From positions 134,416,001-134,480,000 of the forward strand of contig OZ024745.1 in the NCBI GenBank assembly GCA_964016885.1: a stretch of 64,000 nt of DNA, given 5' to 3'. Within the stretch, counting starts at the first letter, position 1. Every line of letters starts with the position of its first letter. A model generated the notes under the pieces. That model worked only from the letters and a program-made list of their open reading frames with translations, had not been told where the DNA came from and did not search any database. The stretch is from Eledone cirrhosa. Lineage: Eukaryota. This document shows positions 28,691 to 41,814 of the stretch, piece by piece. The translations under genes were made by a program, and so were the position numbers.

Positions 28691-29640
28691 CTAGCAGTAG
28701 GACCCGACGTTGCATGGAGTAGGAAACGTCAAATAGCAACACGCATATGCAAAGATTGAGGAATGTAGCTGTGTACTTTTTGAATTCCCTTATTCTCAGG
28801 GAATGATTGAGGAGCGACGTAGTCAATTGTGTGAAAACCAAGTAGGGATGTACGTTTAAGTAGGGATATTGAGATGACGAAATCAGCGTAGCAACAGCTG
28901 CAGCAGAGGGGGTCATAATGCAATTAGCACACACGCTGGGCGGCACTGGTTGCACTGCGTTTACACAGCAACAATGGTAGCAATAAAAGGGGTCACCGCG
29001 GAATTAGCACAACCGCTGTTTGGCGTACTTACGCAGGGTGTTCATACTGCGGTGTAGGTGCAACAAAAGGGGTCTTAGTAGAAGTAGCACAGACGTGAGT
29101 TTTATGGTGTCAATAATACGGCAACGTACACAAGGCTCGGATTTGCGCGTGATGAAAGCATGAAGCGTCAACAGAGCGCCGACAAAAATTTTAAAGTCTT
29201 CCTCATTTCCTCAATCCACCGAAAATGGTCCTTCTGAAATGTAAGTGTTGTGTCCTCTGTTAAATAAACCAAATTCTAAACGAAATATTATACGCTACTT
29301 ACGATATTTAAGTAGCGTTTATATTGAAAATGGCATGTAATGCCCAATGCTAATTCGTAAATTTCCTAGAAACCATTGTGTGCTGCAAATTTCGAGGAAA
29401 TCGGCTGGATTATCTTTTTAGTTACGTTTCAAAAAAGGCTAAAAATGCCTAAAAAAATGCGTTTTTTCGCCTAATGTGGACCCTAGGACAGAAGAAGTTA
29501 ACATTCTTTTAGCCCATTGCACTTGAAGAAATATAAGTAACGCATATACTGTATGTAAAGTTTGAAAAAAATCGGTCAGGTACTTCTTGAGTTTTAGGGA
29601 TTTACAGACAGTCAGACATGCTCTGTTTTATATATATAGA
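28691..29640 (-). mobile_element. Non-autonomous Helitron
   Basis: On the - strand it starts A|TCtatatatataaaa and ends with a degenerate hairpin (ccatgcaacgtcggg) plus CTAG|T; no TSD. Confidence 0.8.
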
Positions 29641-29899
29641 TTATATGTCCAAAATATTCCATTTTTTTCACTTTTCTGCTATCTAATCAAATTTTCCGAT
29701 TTTTTTTCTTCTATATGAATGATTAATTATCCTCTTCAAATTTTAATTGCTCTCCTCAAGTAATGCGACCGTGTAAATACCTAAATAACAAATATTCAGC
29801 TTTGATTAGTTTCATTCATTTTTAGAAATGTAGAAGATTTTAGAATAAAATAGAATCACTAGTGAAATATGCAGAAAGTTTTTCACTTATGTCGCAGAT

Positions 29900-30200
29900 G
29901 GTCTTACACTTTGTCCCTGGGTAAGAGATAGATGCCTCATTTGGGACGTCTGACTCTTTTTCTCCTTCCCACAGGATGCTATAGTAGATGTTGGGATCAC
30001 TGCTTCTATAGCCAAATGGATAAACAAATTTAAATACTGGGAATTATCAACAAATTACTTCTCCAGCCTGCTGCATTTGAAACGTTTGGTGGTTCACCTT
30101 ACCGAAGTGTCAGGTGATGCCTGTGAAGGTACTTGGTTATATCAGCACCTTAGCCTCACCATCACCCGGGTTACACTGCTAGTGTGTTGGCTTGTAGCGA
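29900..30200 (+). mobile_element. CRE-like LINE 3' fragment
   Basis: DGLTLCPW...LIWDV, QPAAFETFG and EGTWLYQHLSL, homologous to the ORF at 62427-63452. Confidence 0.75.
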
Positions 30201-30998
30201 AATCTCTCCACACATACTGACCCTCAAATGACACCTGGATGCTATTTTTCTTTATCTCGGGTTAGTGCCAATAGTCTGGAGAAACTGGTCAACTTAGAGT
30301 TAAAGGAGATAAGATTTTCTTAAAGCCATTTCACTCTTGGTTCTTGGAAGAGAAGGAGTTGCAGAAATGATTTCAACCAGTGAAGGTGTAGTAAAAAAAA
30401 AACACACACAGAGCCCTGTGGGTCTCACTCACTCTCTCTCTCTCTCTACCAGACAAATGACTATCAACCTATTTCAGAAGTTTGATAAATATATGGGACA
30501 ATTTGTACCTTATGCATAATTACCCAGCCAGCTAACAACTATCTTTACAACAAACTCTGCCATTCCCAAATAAACAACAGCAAACTTAAGCCAATTCCTT
30601 CCATTACTACATCAACTATACATTCTATCACAATCCACTTTGACCATTAAACTGCACTAGATGACATATTCTCTACAGGTTAGCTTCAAAAAGTATAATA
30701 ACACTTTGTTGAATTGATGTTTTTTTTTTCTACTTTGTATATTTTTCTGTATTATATTTATAAGGTTCCACAAATTCTATTTTTATATGAAACACTTGAT
30801 TTCATTTTCAAATCTATTAAAAAAGTAAGCTGTCACATTAGAAAGATTGATTGGTATGTGTAACATTGATCTACACTGAATTAGGGCTAACCTTGGAAGC
30901 TTTAACGAACAGAAGGCTGATAGTTCTGAATAATAAAGGTTGAAAGAAAAATGTAGAAATTTGTGACGGCAAAGTTTAATGTGTGTGGCAAGGTTTAA

Positions 30999-31186
30999 CC
31001 CTTTAGCATTTACGTTACTCTATATATACTATTGTATCTCACATAATATCGAATCTATGAGATTTTGATATTATTTATTTTGAGAACAATACCTAAATAT
31101 CAGTATGAGTAGCCAGTTATGACCGGTTTCAAAAGAAAGAAGTGAGATAATTGTGGCCGGATATGGCCGGTTTAAATGCTAAAGGA
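30999..31186. mobile_element. piggyBac-type MITE (same family as 13877)
   Basis: TTAA|ccctttagcattta ... taaatgctaaagga|TTAA. Confidence 0.85.
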
Positions 31187-31269
31187 TTAATGTGTGTGGC
31201 AAGGTTTAATGTGTGTGTGGATGTTGATAGATTTAGAAAATTTAAACTTAGCAGATTCAATATGTCACT

Positions 31270-31455
31270 AATAATTGTTTCTGCTTTTGGCACAAGGCCA
31301 GTGCATTACTGGTACTTTATTTTATCGACCCTGTAAGGATTAAAGGCAAAGTTAACCTCGGTGAGATTTGAATTCAGAACAGAAAGGACCATAACTCTAT
31401 GCTGCAAAGCAAACTGTCTGACACTATACCAATACTGCCAATCCATCACCCTTTA
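31270..31455 (-). mobile_element. tRNA-derived SINE
   Basis: Reverse complement of the 28311 family. Confidence 0.8.
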
Positions 31456-31489
31456 TGTCACTAATAACGCGAAAACGACTTTACAGTTT

Positions 31490-33015
31490 CAATGGCATTT
31501 TTGTTGGTACTAGTTGACCCAAGGCAACCTAGAGAACAAAGATCAGGAAGCTGAAAGAGCCCTCAGCCAGTAACAGATTTAGGGATATTTTGCTTGACAC
31601 CTATGACAGTAAAGAAGACCAGATAGAGACATTCAATATAGAAGAGCACTGGGAGTTCCTAAAAAATAAAATACTAAAGGCGACAGACAAGATATGTGGT
31701 TGGAGCAAGACCACAGAGAGAAGGAGAGTGACTTGGTGGTAGAACAATAAGTTAGATGAAGCAACTAAGGCCAAGAGACAGGCATGGAAACAATGGAAGA
31801 ATGGGGGAAGTAGGTTACATTACATAGAGACTAGGGGGGAAGCTAGACAACAAGTATACTTAGCTAGAAGGGAAACGGAGGATAAAAAATTCAAGCATGT
31901 TTTGCAGCGTGAGGACCAAAAACAGGAGGTGTTTAGGATTGTGAGGCAGTGAGTGAGAGAAAATTGCGATATCATTGGAGAGAAGTGTGTCCGGAGTGAT
32001 AAAGGTAAGCTTGCCTCACAAGTGCTGAGAAGAAAGATGTGTGGAAGAGCCATTATGAAAGATTACTGAATGAGGAAAATGCATTGGAGAAAGAGACCCT
32101 ACCCCTAGTGGACCCCATAGAGGGCCCAGCAGTACAAGTCAGCAACAGTGTAGTAAGGCAATTAAGGATATGAAAACTGGTAAACAAGAGGTCTTAAAGT
32201 CAACCTGACAAAGACAGGTCCTCGTAAGTAGACGAGAAAACAGAACCCAAACCCTCAGGGAAATGGCCTTGCTCAATATGTAGGAAAGGTGTAGGTAGGA
32301 ATTCCATCATCTGCCCTAAATGCAAACTATGGGTACACAAGAGATGTAGTGGGATCTCAGGAAGTTTAGTTAAGAATGTAGGCTTTACATATCGCAGTTG
32401 CACCAGGACAATAAGCAGCAAACAGCCACAGGAAACAAGCACCACCAAACTCTGGGAGGGCTCTATAGAAACAGTAGACAGCTTTTGCTGCCTGGGTGAC
32501 CAAATTAGCAGTGGAGGTGGGTGTTCTGAAAGTACAGTAACTAGGGTAAGAACGGGATGGAAGAAGTTCAGGGAGCTACTACCACTGCTAGCTGCAAAAA
32601 GCTTTTCTCTCAGAATGAAAGGCAGACTGTATGATGTCTGTATACACACAGCTATGGTGCATGGTAGTGAGACCTTGGCGTTGTGTATAGAAGACTTGTA
32701 TAGATTGGAAAGGAATGAAGCTTGCATGCTCCGATGGATGTGTAATAGTAATATATGCGAACAGCAAAGCATAAATGAATTGAGAGAAAGACTGAGCATA
32801 AGAGGAATCAAATGCTGTGTGCAGGAGAGAAGGTTGCGTTGGTATGGACATGTGACGTATATGAAGGATAGCAGCTGTATAAAAAGGTGCAGACCACTCA
32901 AAGTTGTGGGGAGACCTGGGATGAGATGATAAAAGCTGACATTGCCCAATTGCCCCTCTCAAAGGTGATGACACAGGACCGAGATCTGTGGCGTTACGCC
33001 AGAAACAGAAGACCC
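31490..33015 (+). mobile_element. RTE LINE remnant lacking the RT core and keeping a PHD-like finger and C-terminus
   Basis: ICGWS, TWW and DMKTGK joined to RGLKVN at about 32185. Then WPCSICRKG...CPKC...VHKRC, ERNEACMLRWMC and RLRWYGH. Confidence 0.88.
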
Positions 33016-33089
33016 GACTTCCCACAGGTTGAAGATGAAGCATATGTATAATATGCAGCATCTCACACCCACATCACCCACTCCTATAC

Positions 33090-33340
33090 ACACATCCAGT
33101 GAAGACTCCAGCCCACACTGTAAAGTGGTCATGAAGCGACACGACAAAAAGCGCCCAGTACTCACTGTAAATGAGGTTGATGTTAGGAAGGGCAGCCAGC
33201 TGTAGAAATCGAGCTAAAATCAGTTCTGTATGAGCAAGACATGGTCACCTGACCTGGCATTGCCCACAACAGGACAACTCGTCTAACCCATGCTAGCATG
33301 GAAGAATGGATGTAAGATGATGATGATGAAGAAGATGATA
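33090..33340 (+). mobile_element. RTE-derived SINE
   Basis: Pseudoknot-like module, gttaggaagggcagccagc, then the tail ccatgctagcatgg and (gat)n. Confidence 0.85.
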
Positions 33341-33422
33341 TATATATATGTAAAAGATAAACAAATGGCACAGTACATGGAAGAAATATATTAGTTTAAC
33401 ACTTGAAATAGCAGGCAGAGAG

Positions 33423-33456
33423 TCTTAACATTTCGGACTAGTCCTTCATCAGAAGA
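33423..33456 (-). ncRNA. Minimal type I hammerhead ribozyme motif (Penelope-type)
   Basis: - strand reads tctt-CTGATGA-a-GGACtaGTCC-GAA-ATGT-T-aaga: catalytic core, stem II, short near-palindromic stem III, and stem I tctt/aaga. Confidence 0.65.
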
Positions 33457-33898
33457 TAGTTAGAAAGAAAAGAGTGATAAGAGGAAGGAACGGGGGGGGG
33501 GGGGGGGGAACAGCCATCTTAGATATATAGATATATTCATATAAAGAAAGTTGTTTTCAAATATAAAAACTGGAAAAGTGTAGGTGAAAAAGTTTTATCA
33601 GCTCAAAATACAATAATTTATAATAAACTGTACACACGGCTACATATAACTTTTTTTTTAAATTATATGAACTCCTACTGTGTTAGATTATTTATAAGTA
33701 GAGCAAGTTATCCATTAAAATGTTATCAAGCGCTATTATTTACATCCTAATTTAATTTACAATTGTTTCATACTCACAGGACTCATCAGAATCAATCATT
33801 ATACAAATAAATACCTCAACAAGTTCATCTTTTCGAACGCACAACAAATCCATAGAATTTTGTTTACATTTATAACCCTATGTTCCTGTGTAATAAAC

Positions 33899-36512
33899 TA
33901 GCGTTATGACCTTTGTATAACCCTATGTTCCTATGTGATAAACTAATGTTATGACCTTTGTATAACCCTATGATCCTGTGTAATAAATCGATGAACTTTT
34001 GGTTAAAAGTAATGAAAACGGCATTCATTTGCTTTACTTCTTGGAAAAGGTCACCCCCAAACCAAAAATTCAATTTTACCATATATGCCATAAGGGTAAA
34101 AAATAACAATATTTCAGAAGTTTTATTTTGGATAATACTCACCTATTTTTAACAGATTTAACAGTTTATCATTATAGCATAATATACAAACTTAGAAATA
34201 AGCAAATATTGCATATATACAATTAGAAATTTACAAGTAAGAATAGATATATAAAGAAAAATAATATGGAACATTTATAGCATAATATACAATTGTTTTG
34301 TTAGACTAAATAAATCTAGGCTAAACTTTCTCTTTCTTTTTATAGACATCATAAAGATCTTGATTGCCTGTTCTTCACAATGATTTGTTCTGGGAATTTT
34401 GAGTCTCGATGGTTATGGATTCTAAAACATTTTCACAGAATTTTTTGCTTTTTTTGTGAGCCTTTAAGTTGCTTCTGGTAATCATCTGTATTGTAGATTT
34501 GGTCAGTAAACCAATGGTTCACCAACTGGTAAAAGATGAATCTAGGAATTACAAGTAGCAAATCTCTTTTCTCTGGTAGAAGAATAAAAGCCCAAGAATT
34601 AGTATTGCTCTACAATTCCATCTGGCATTACTCAAGTTAGGTATTTTGTGAAACTTCAGTTTAGGAAATCTTCCTGTTTCTTCGAAAAAGCAGAAAAGTT
34701 AAATGAAATAGAAATTTCATATCATCTCACCATCCGGCTGTTTCAGTAATCTCTTCTTTACCATTCTTGAAATTTTTCTTGAGCTGTTCATAGTTATTTA
34801 CAAGTTCACAGATAAATGAATATTTGATATTGGGTGATGTGTTCTTTCTTCCAGTTCGTCTTCCATTACTATGTGAAGTACTCGGTCAAGAACATGATGT
34901 TGACAGCCGATGAATTGTGGTTCTTTGTTTTGAGCAATTAGTCTTTGTAACTGAATGACAATCCCATTCCTGATTCCAGTGTTCAATTATTTTAATACTC
35001 TTCCATAAACTGTAATCATCAACAGCAGCTGTTAGTCCTTTGACAACAGTATCGGCTTTTCCATTTGGTAGACCTAATGCAACTTAACGTCTCTTCTTTC
35101 ATTCTTCACAACGAGCACTTGATATCCTTGGCCATCAATTCGTTTACCGTTAAAGTGTGTTGACCTATTCTCTAATTGTAGTGTTGTCTTCATTTCTTCA
35201 AGTTTAACAGCTTCTTTGATAGTATATCTGTAAATGCCAGATTGGGAAGATGTCTCAACTTCAATACTTTCTTGAGATAACTGCTGACAAACATGTGTTG
35301 CTTTGTTGGTTGATATATTTGAAGATGTTACTAATTTTGTTCCAGTTTTAGTTTTGCTATACTTCTTTATTTCTTTACTTTTCTTGTAAATTGTTCTCCA
35401 GAACTTTCAGACTCTTCATAGTCATTATGAAGAAGTTGTTGTTAGCTCCAAGGTCATTTCTTTTTTTGGATAGATTTTAGATACATTTCTTCTTTTGGAT
35501 AGATGTATAGTTTTGGAACTCTGTCTTTCCAGTTAAATGTTAACAGTATATCCGACATATCTTTTGCTTTCGATCTGAAGATATAACCGTCTGTCTTCAC
35601 TACACAGTCATTCACCATTCTCTTTCGTGATGTTAAATATTTCATTTAATGGATCATATTTTCCTTGTTTCACACATCGTAGGTGTTTAACACTTGATCC
35701 AGTTTCGCATATCGCAGGTGTTTAACACTGATCCAGTTTCACATATCGTAGGTGTTTAATACTTGATCCAGTTTCACATATCGTAGGTGTTTAACACTTG
35801 ATCCAGTTTTGCTTGTATGACTTCAGTTGATAAATTTTGGAAATTTAATTTCTTTTGCAATAAAATTGTTACTTCTTTAACGATTTCTTGTATATGGTTT
35901 TTCCTTCCCTTGATGGATGCTCCAAGGAACAAATAGCGACCAACATTTTCTATTTCAAGTGGTATCCTGCTTTTGTTTTCCAGTGATTGTTCTTGTGGAA
36001 CAGTTCTTTTCTTTTTTATGTCATTCTTGAAATCTCATTAGATTCTTCGTCAAGAACCTTTTGTTTCTTTCAGTGGTAGAAGCAGTTTTTTATGAAACAT
36101 TATGCTTAAAAATGATTACTTGGAGATCTTTCAGCAAATCAACAGCTTTGCTTTCTCAATCAGGAATCTTGTTTAATCTGAAAGAAGAATATTTGATCAC
36201 AAACACAACAGACTTTTCCCATTTGTCTCTTCTAAATCACAACCCAACCAGCGCTCACACTTATGTAGTCCCACAAAATGTACATCATAAATTTTCAGAA
36301 AGTTCTAGAAGGCTCCAAAAAGTCCGAGAAGGCTCCAGAATGTCATAGTACTATTATACTTATATGCGATTTTAAAAATTTTGTGTTGGGGTGACATTTT
36401 TTTTAAAATTAAACAAAGTTAAACTTTGCTTCATTATTTTTTAACAAAAGTTCATTGAATTATGATACAGGAAATCAATTATTTTACAAAAGTCAAAAAG
36501 TCATAACACCTA
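33899..36512 (-). mobile_element. hAT-like (hATm-type) DNA transposon with decayed transposase
   Basis: Imperfect long inverted ends (tagcgttatgac...cctgtgtaataaatcgatgaacttttgg vs caaaagttcattgaattatgatacagg...gtcataacaccta). - strand motifs HFNGK, NTGIRNG, GCQHHVLDR, RWNCRAIL and NHCEEQAIK. Subfamily assigned from memory. Confidence 0.75.
35672..35810. repeat. ~35-bp tandem repeat, about 4 copies
   Basis: Unit cacatatcgtaggtgtttaacacttgatccagttt. Confidence 0.9.
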
Positions 36513-36589
36513 ATAATACATACACTACTTAATTACATATATCGACAGTCGATTGACTTTCGTCACATCGGACCGAGGAAGCAATATTT

Positions 36590-36765
36590 CCATTGGTCTT
36601 TCAAATTGCTAATACTATCTATCGGTCACAACTCCAGGTAGAAGGAGTAACATGAAATAAAGTGTCTTGCCCAAGGACATAACGCATCGCCCGGTCCAGG
36701 AATCAAACTCACAACCTGATGATTGTGAATCCAATTCTCTAACCACACAGTCACACGCCTTCACT
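36590..36765 (-). mobile_element. tRNA-derived SINE head (related to 10859)
   Basis: gaaataaagtgtcttgcccaagga...cccggtccaggaatcaaactcacaacc is the reverse complement of the 10859 head region. Confidence 0.75.
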
Positions 36766-38401
36766 TAATTACATATATACAACACTAAATCATATAAATT
36801 TAACAAATGACTGAAACTATCAAAATGGAATATTTTACTTATTTTAATTTGGGGATAAACAATATTTTTCATAAGAGTAATTGCACTTTCAATGCTCCCT
36901 TCTTTGTCATTCTACCCCCCCCCCCCCCCCTCATCATCCCTTTCTAGCATGACAGACATTTTGCATGATATGTACAATAGTTTAAATATAATAGAAGACA
37001 AGATTATTGAAAAGACTTGTTATAGTTACTATTTAACTTTTAATCACCTGTACCATATAAACTACATTAGGAAGGCATTCTTGAAAAGTATAAAACACCA
37101 CTGTAACTACATCACATTAAAAATGAAAATCTTTTCTATAATTCTGCTGTCCTCTAATAAAGATACTATAAACATTTGAATTAACAAACCTGCTTTTAGA
37201 TTTTTTTTGCTGAATCATTACAAGATGTTAAGATATTGTGATATGTGTAATTTATTAATTTTTTCTAAATCATGCAGTTGACTTCATGTTTCTGACAGCT
37301 GTTGCTCACTGCCTTTGGTGTATTTGTTGTTTTGACCCAGTACTTGTGACATATTTAATTCTCTTTTTTATAATCAACTGAGTTTTGGTACATATTCTGT
37401 TAATTGCTTAAATTATTGGGGTAGGGGATTAATAGAGTATCTAATACAATAGTAGTCCTATATTTTTAATGCCTTTTAGCCTAGTTGATGATGATAATTT
37501 GCAGTTATTTACAGCCCCACTTCAACATTTAAAAGGTGGGGGAATGGCAGAGTTTTTATTATGCTGGATAGAATGAATGCTTAGAGGTATTTGTTCTGGT
37601 TTTCTGTGCTCTGAGTTCAAATCCCGCCATGGACAACTTTGCCTTTCATCCTTTTGAAGACAATAAAAAAGTACCAGTCTAGTACTGGGTTCAATTCTTC
37701 CTCTATATTTCTCTTTCACTTCCTTTCTTTCACTCTCTATCCTTTTTTTGGAGAGGAGATGGGCTCTGCTTGGTTTAAAAATGCCCAAGAAATACTGTAT
37801 GTCATTACAACTTCCCAGCAACTCCATCAACAGTTATTGGTACATTCGACATCTAACTTCTTTTTAAAATTCATTTAGTAACATGCTGCAACTACTACTG
37901 CATCACCCCAAATATTAGTGAAATATTTTGTGCCTTCTTCACTATACTAATGAAGAGAAACTAGAGTTATATAATAAACATGGCTGTGTGACACCTTGAG
38001 AAAATGTCTTCTACTATAGATTTGGGTTGACCAATGCTGCCTTGAGTGAAATTTGGTACATTCAAGCTATGTAGTAGCCTGTTGTGTGTATATATGTATA
38101 TATATACACTGCTGTGGAGGTCACAGAATGTGACAAAAGAGCTTTAACAACAATTAAACAACCATCTGATTATTAAACTAACTGACCGGTAGTTTATAAT
38201 AAATTGAAGTGAAATCCAACAGGTGCGTGTGTTTTTATTGGCAGCATGAGCCTCCAAAAGTATAACAATATATAACAAGGCATAGCTTTGGGGTGTACTC
38301 TTTGATAATAATTGTTGAGCGAGAGTACGACATGCCCCTCCATATCCTGACAAGAATGGGCTGGACTACAACTTAAATAGTAGCGGCCTGAGTAAGTGGG
38401 C

Positions 38402-38580
38402 AAGTTGGTACTAGTTCCACAGTTGGTGTGTTGATAGTCAAAGTTGGTACTAGTTCCACAGTTGGTGTGTTGATAGTCAAAGTTGGTTCTAGTTCCACAG
38501 TTCATGTGTTGATAGTCAAAGTTGGTACTAGTTCCACAGTTGGTGTGTTGATAGTCAAAGTTGGTACTAGTTCCACAGTT
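38402..38580. repeat. 39-bp tandem repeat, about 4.5 copies
   Basis: Unit aagttggtactagttccacagttggtgtgttgatagtca. Confidence 0.92.
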
Positions 38581-39033
38581 CGAGTTAGCGTGTTGGATTG
38601 TTGGTTCTTAAAAGATTGTTGTTCCGTTAGGTGTGGTTATTGCCGTTTGTTTCAATTATATTATTACACTGTTGCAGTGTATTGCGTTTATCCATAAGAA
38701 CATAACAATAATGGATAGGTTAATGTTCTGATTGGTTACCTTGTTTGGTGTGAAGCAGTGTATTTACAGCTGCCATGTTGAGTCAGGAAAAAATAGAGTT
38801 TGGAAGGAGTTTCATGAGTACATGCATAACAGAGCTTACAGAGCGATCTTTGTTAAAAAATGGTAGGTAGGGAGATTCTTCTAAGTTTCTAAAGTCACTC
38901 ATGGATATGCTACATGAAGCAAAGTAGCAAATAAAATAATGGTAATCCAGCATTGCTTCAAGATTATGGTTTAAATTAACTAAAGTAGCAAAGAATTTCT
39001 ATGAATGTTTTCTGATAATTTGAAACTATTTAA

Positions 39034-39238
39034 CTCTTTAGCATTTAAACCGGCCATATCCGGCCAGAAATCTCTCATCTCTTTCTGTTCAAACCAGATC
39101 TAACCGGCCGCTCATAGTGATGTTAAGGTATTTTTTTCAAAATAAATATCAAAATCTCATAGATTCTATATTATGTGAAATAAAGCCTTTACCACAAAAA
39201 TACAACAATATATATAGAGTAATGTAAATGCTAAAGGG
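39034..39238. mobile_element. piggyBac-type MITE (inverted relative to 13877)
   Basis: TTAA|ctctttagcattta ... taaatgctaaaggg|TTAA. Confidence 0.85.
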
Positions 39239-39589
39239 TTAAAAAAATTGAATCTCCAAAAACAAGTGCTATAATCTTACGTTAACTCAGTCATAATCTT
39301 TTTATGTTTAGCTGCTTGTTACTAAGGTTTTCTGCAATATAACTATTCTAAAGTAAACAGTGTACAGAGATTCATAATCTCACTTTCACAGCAAGATATA
39401 TTGACTAATATTTGACTAATAGCAATTCTTATCTCAATTCCTTACTAATTCAGTACTAATTAAAATGCGCTAGGCAACAGCAGGATTGAAAGACAGCTCA
39501 TCATCATTGTGAAATTCAGTCACCCAACAGTAACAATGTGGTATTTCATCCATGTCTGTCTTGTCACCAGATCTGTTTCTCACATATTA

Positions 39590-39776
39590 TATTGGCAGTA
39601 TCGGTAGAGAGTCGGACGCCATGCTTTGCAGCAAAGAGTTACGGCCCTTTATGATCTGAGTTCAAATCCCATCGAGGTTAACTTTGCCTTTCATCCTTAC
39701 GGGGGTCGATAAAATAAAGTACCAGTAATGCACTGGAATAATTGCTGTCCTTGTGCCAAATGTAGAAACAATTATA
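39590..39776 (+). mobile_element. tRNA-derived SINE
   Basis: Same family as 28311, with A/B boxes. Confidence 0.85.
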
Positions 39777-41814
39777 TTGTTATCACATCAGCATGCTCAT
39801 CAAGGGTATGGTTGATATATCTGATGGAGAGCAGCAACATCAAATCTTCAACAGCCTGCCAATAACTAACTATGTACTTAATATTTAGATGCAATTGCCC
39901 TCACACCCACCAGCAACAGTCATAGCAATTTATTTCTGCTCTCTGCTGGGCTTTTTAGTTTTATACTTTTGGCAATAAGAACTATATTTTTAAAAAAAAG
40001 TATTTAATGTCCTTACTGTGGCCAAATTCATCAAATTTTTTTAACTTTAGAGACATCAGATTGTAATCAGAACAATATTCTAATAAAAAGTATTTGATGT
40101 CACTGTGTAAAGTGGTTGTGCTGGTATTACGAAAACAATGTACCCAGTAAACATTCTAAAATGGTTATGTTAGGAAGGGCATCCAGCCATAGAAACTATA
40201 CAAAATATGTAATGTATGAGCAAGATGAGGTTACTCTAACATGTTTGGTCACAGACTGTAACAATTTGTCCAACCCATACCAAATATGTAATTTATGAGC
40301 AAGATACTCTAATATGTCTGGTCTCAGACTGTAACAATCTGCCAGGGTGGAATGAGGATGGTTAGAATTTTAAAAATTTAATACCTGTATGAATAACTTT
40401 TCAATTCCCATTACTTGCACCAGCCGACTTTGATATGTAAAATTGGGGTGTTTAGTGAGTATTCAATTTTTGGGGGTTTTGAGCCCCTCAACCTAAAGTG
40501 CCCTGAGCCCCTCAAAGTCTAAATCCAGCTCTGAATGAAAGCTCTTTAACATAAACAGCTCTGTATCACAGAAACAAGCCAGTTTTGTGGTGACCGTGGC
40601 TGTGGTTGTTTCTAACATAGGAACAAGGCCAAAAATTGGGGGAAAGACATTAGTCAATTAAATTGATCCCAGTGAGACTAAAACTTTATTTCATTGAACC
40701 CTGAAAGGTAATGTTAATTTTGGTAGGATATGAATTCAGAATATAAAGAGTCAGAATAAATGATGTCTGGCAGTTTGTCCATTGCTCGCACAATTCTACC
40801 AACCACCATCTGAAATTCAAATAAAAATTAAATCTCACTCTACTTTGTGATTGAGTATTTTATCTTTTACTTTGAAATAAAAATTTATTCCTGATTTTTC
40901 AAGACTCAAAATATAGATTCTGTCGGTGGTTAGTGTTAGTTCTGTTTGAACTATAGCACAGATGCAGGTGGTCAAACAAGGCAATCAATCAATGTTTCTA
41001 ATCATGGCCATCCTATTTTTAGTGGGAATGAAATCTCCATTTTAACCTTTTTCATAAGAAACTACCTGAAAACATTCCTGGTTTTATTATACAAAACTGT
41101 TTGTTTTTATACTTCTAAAACCCTTCCATCATAATTTTATGTAAGAACCTTTGTTAAGTTATATTCTCAGTACCAGATAAATATTAAGGAAATTATATTA
41201 CTAAATCTTAGTAAATTCTTGATATTTTCAAAATGATTTAAAATCGTAGATAGTATCTTTCATTAGATATATGGAAGTGAAAGGGTTAAAGACAGGAAGA
41301 TTACTAGAATAGATTTAGCTACTACACTGGGCAATTCAACTAACTACTTAGTTCTTCCTTCAATGTCTTATTCCAAAATATTATATTTTTATACTACTTC
41401 CTGTTTAAAATTTAAATCATGCTTAACATTCTGTAATGATTTAGCAGAAATATCTACAAACAGGTTTATTAATTAAAATGCTTATAGTATCTTTCCTTGT
41501 GGACATGTGAAAATTTAAAGTAAACTCAAGTTAAGACTTAAATATTTGTGATGCAATCATAGTGTTGCTCTGCAGTTGTATATAGTACAGGATGTTAGCA
41601 GTTAAGTGTTGGTAAAAAATGTAGAGACTAAATTCTTTTGAAAATTCCATTGTTTAGGCCAGTTTAGAAATGACAAGAATTAAGGGATAACATTTGTGTA
41701 TACAATCCTCATAGTTTTGAAATATCATTGAAATTTTCCTGCATAAAATTTGAAAATAAACTATAAACAAGATATGCTTTTATTCATGTATGTATATGGA
41801 AGTCAATCAAAACA

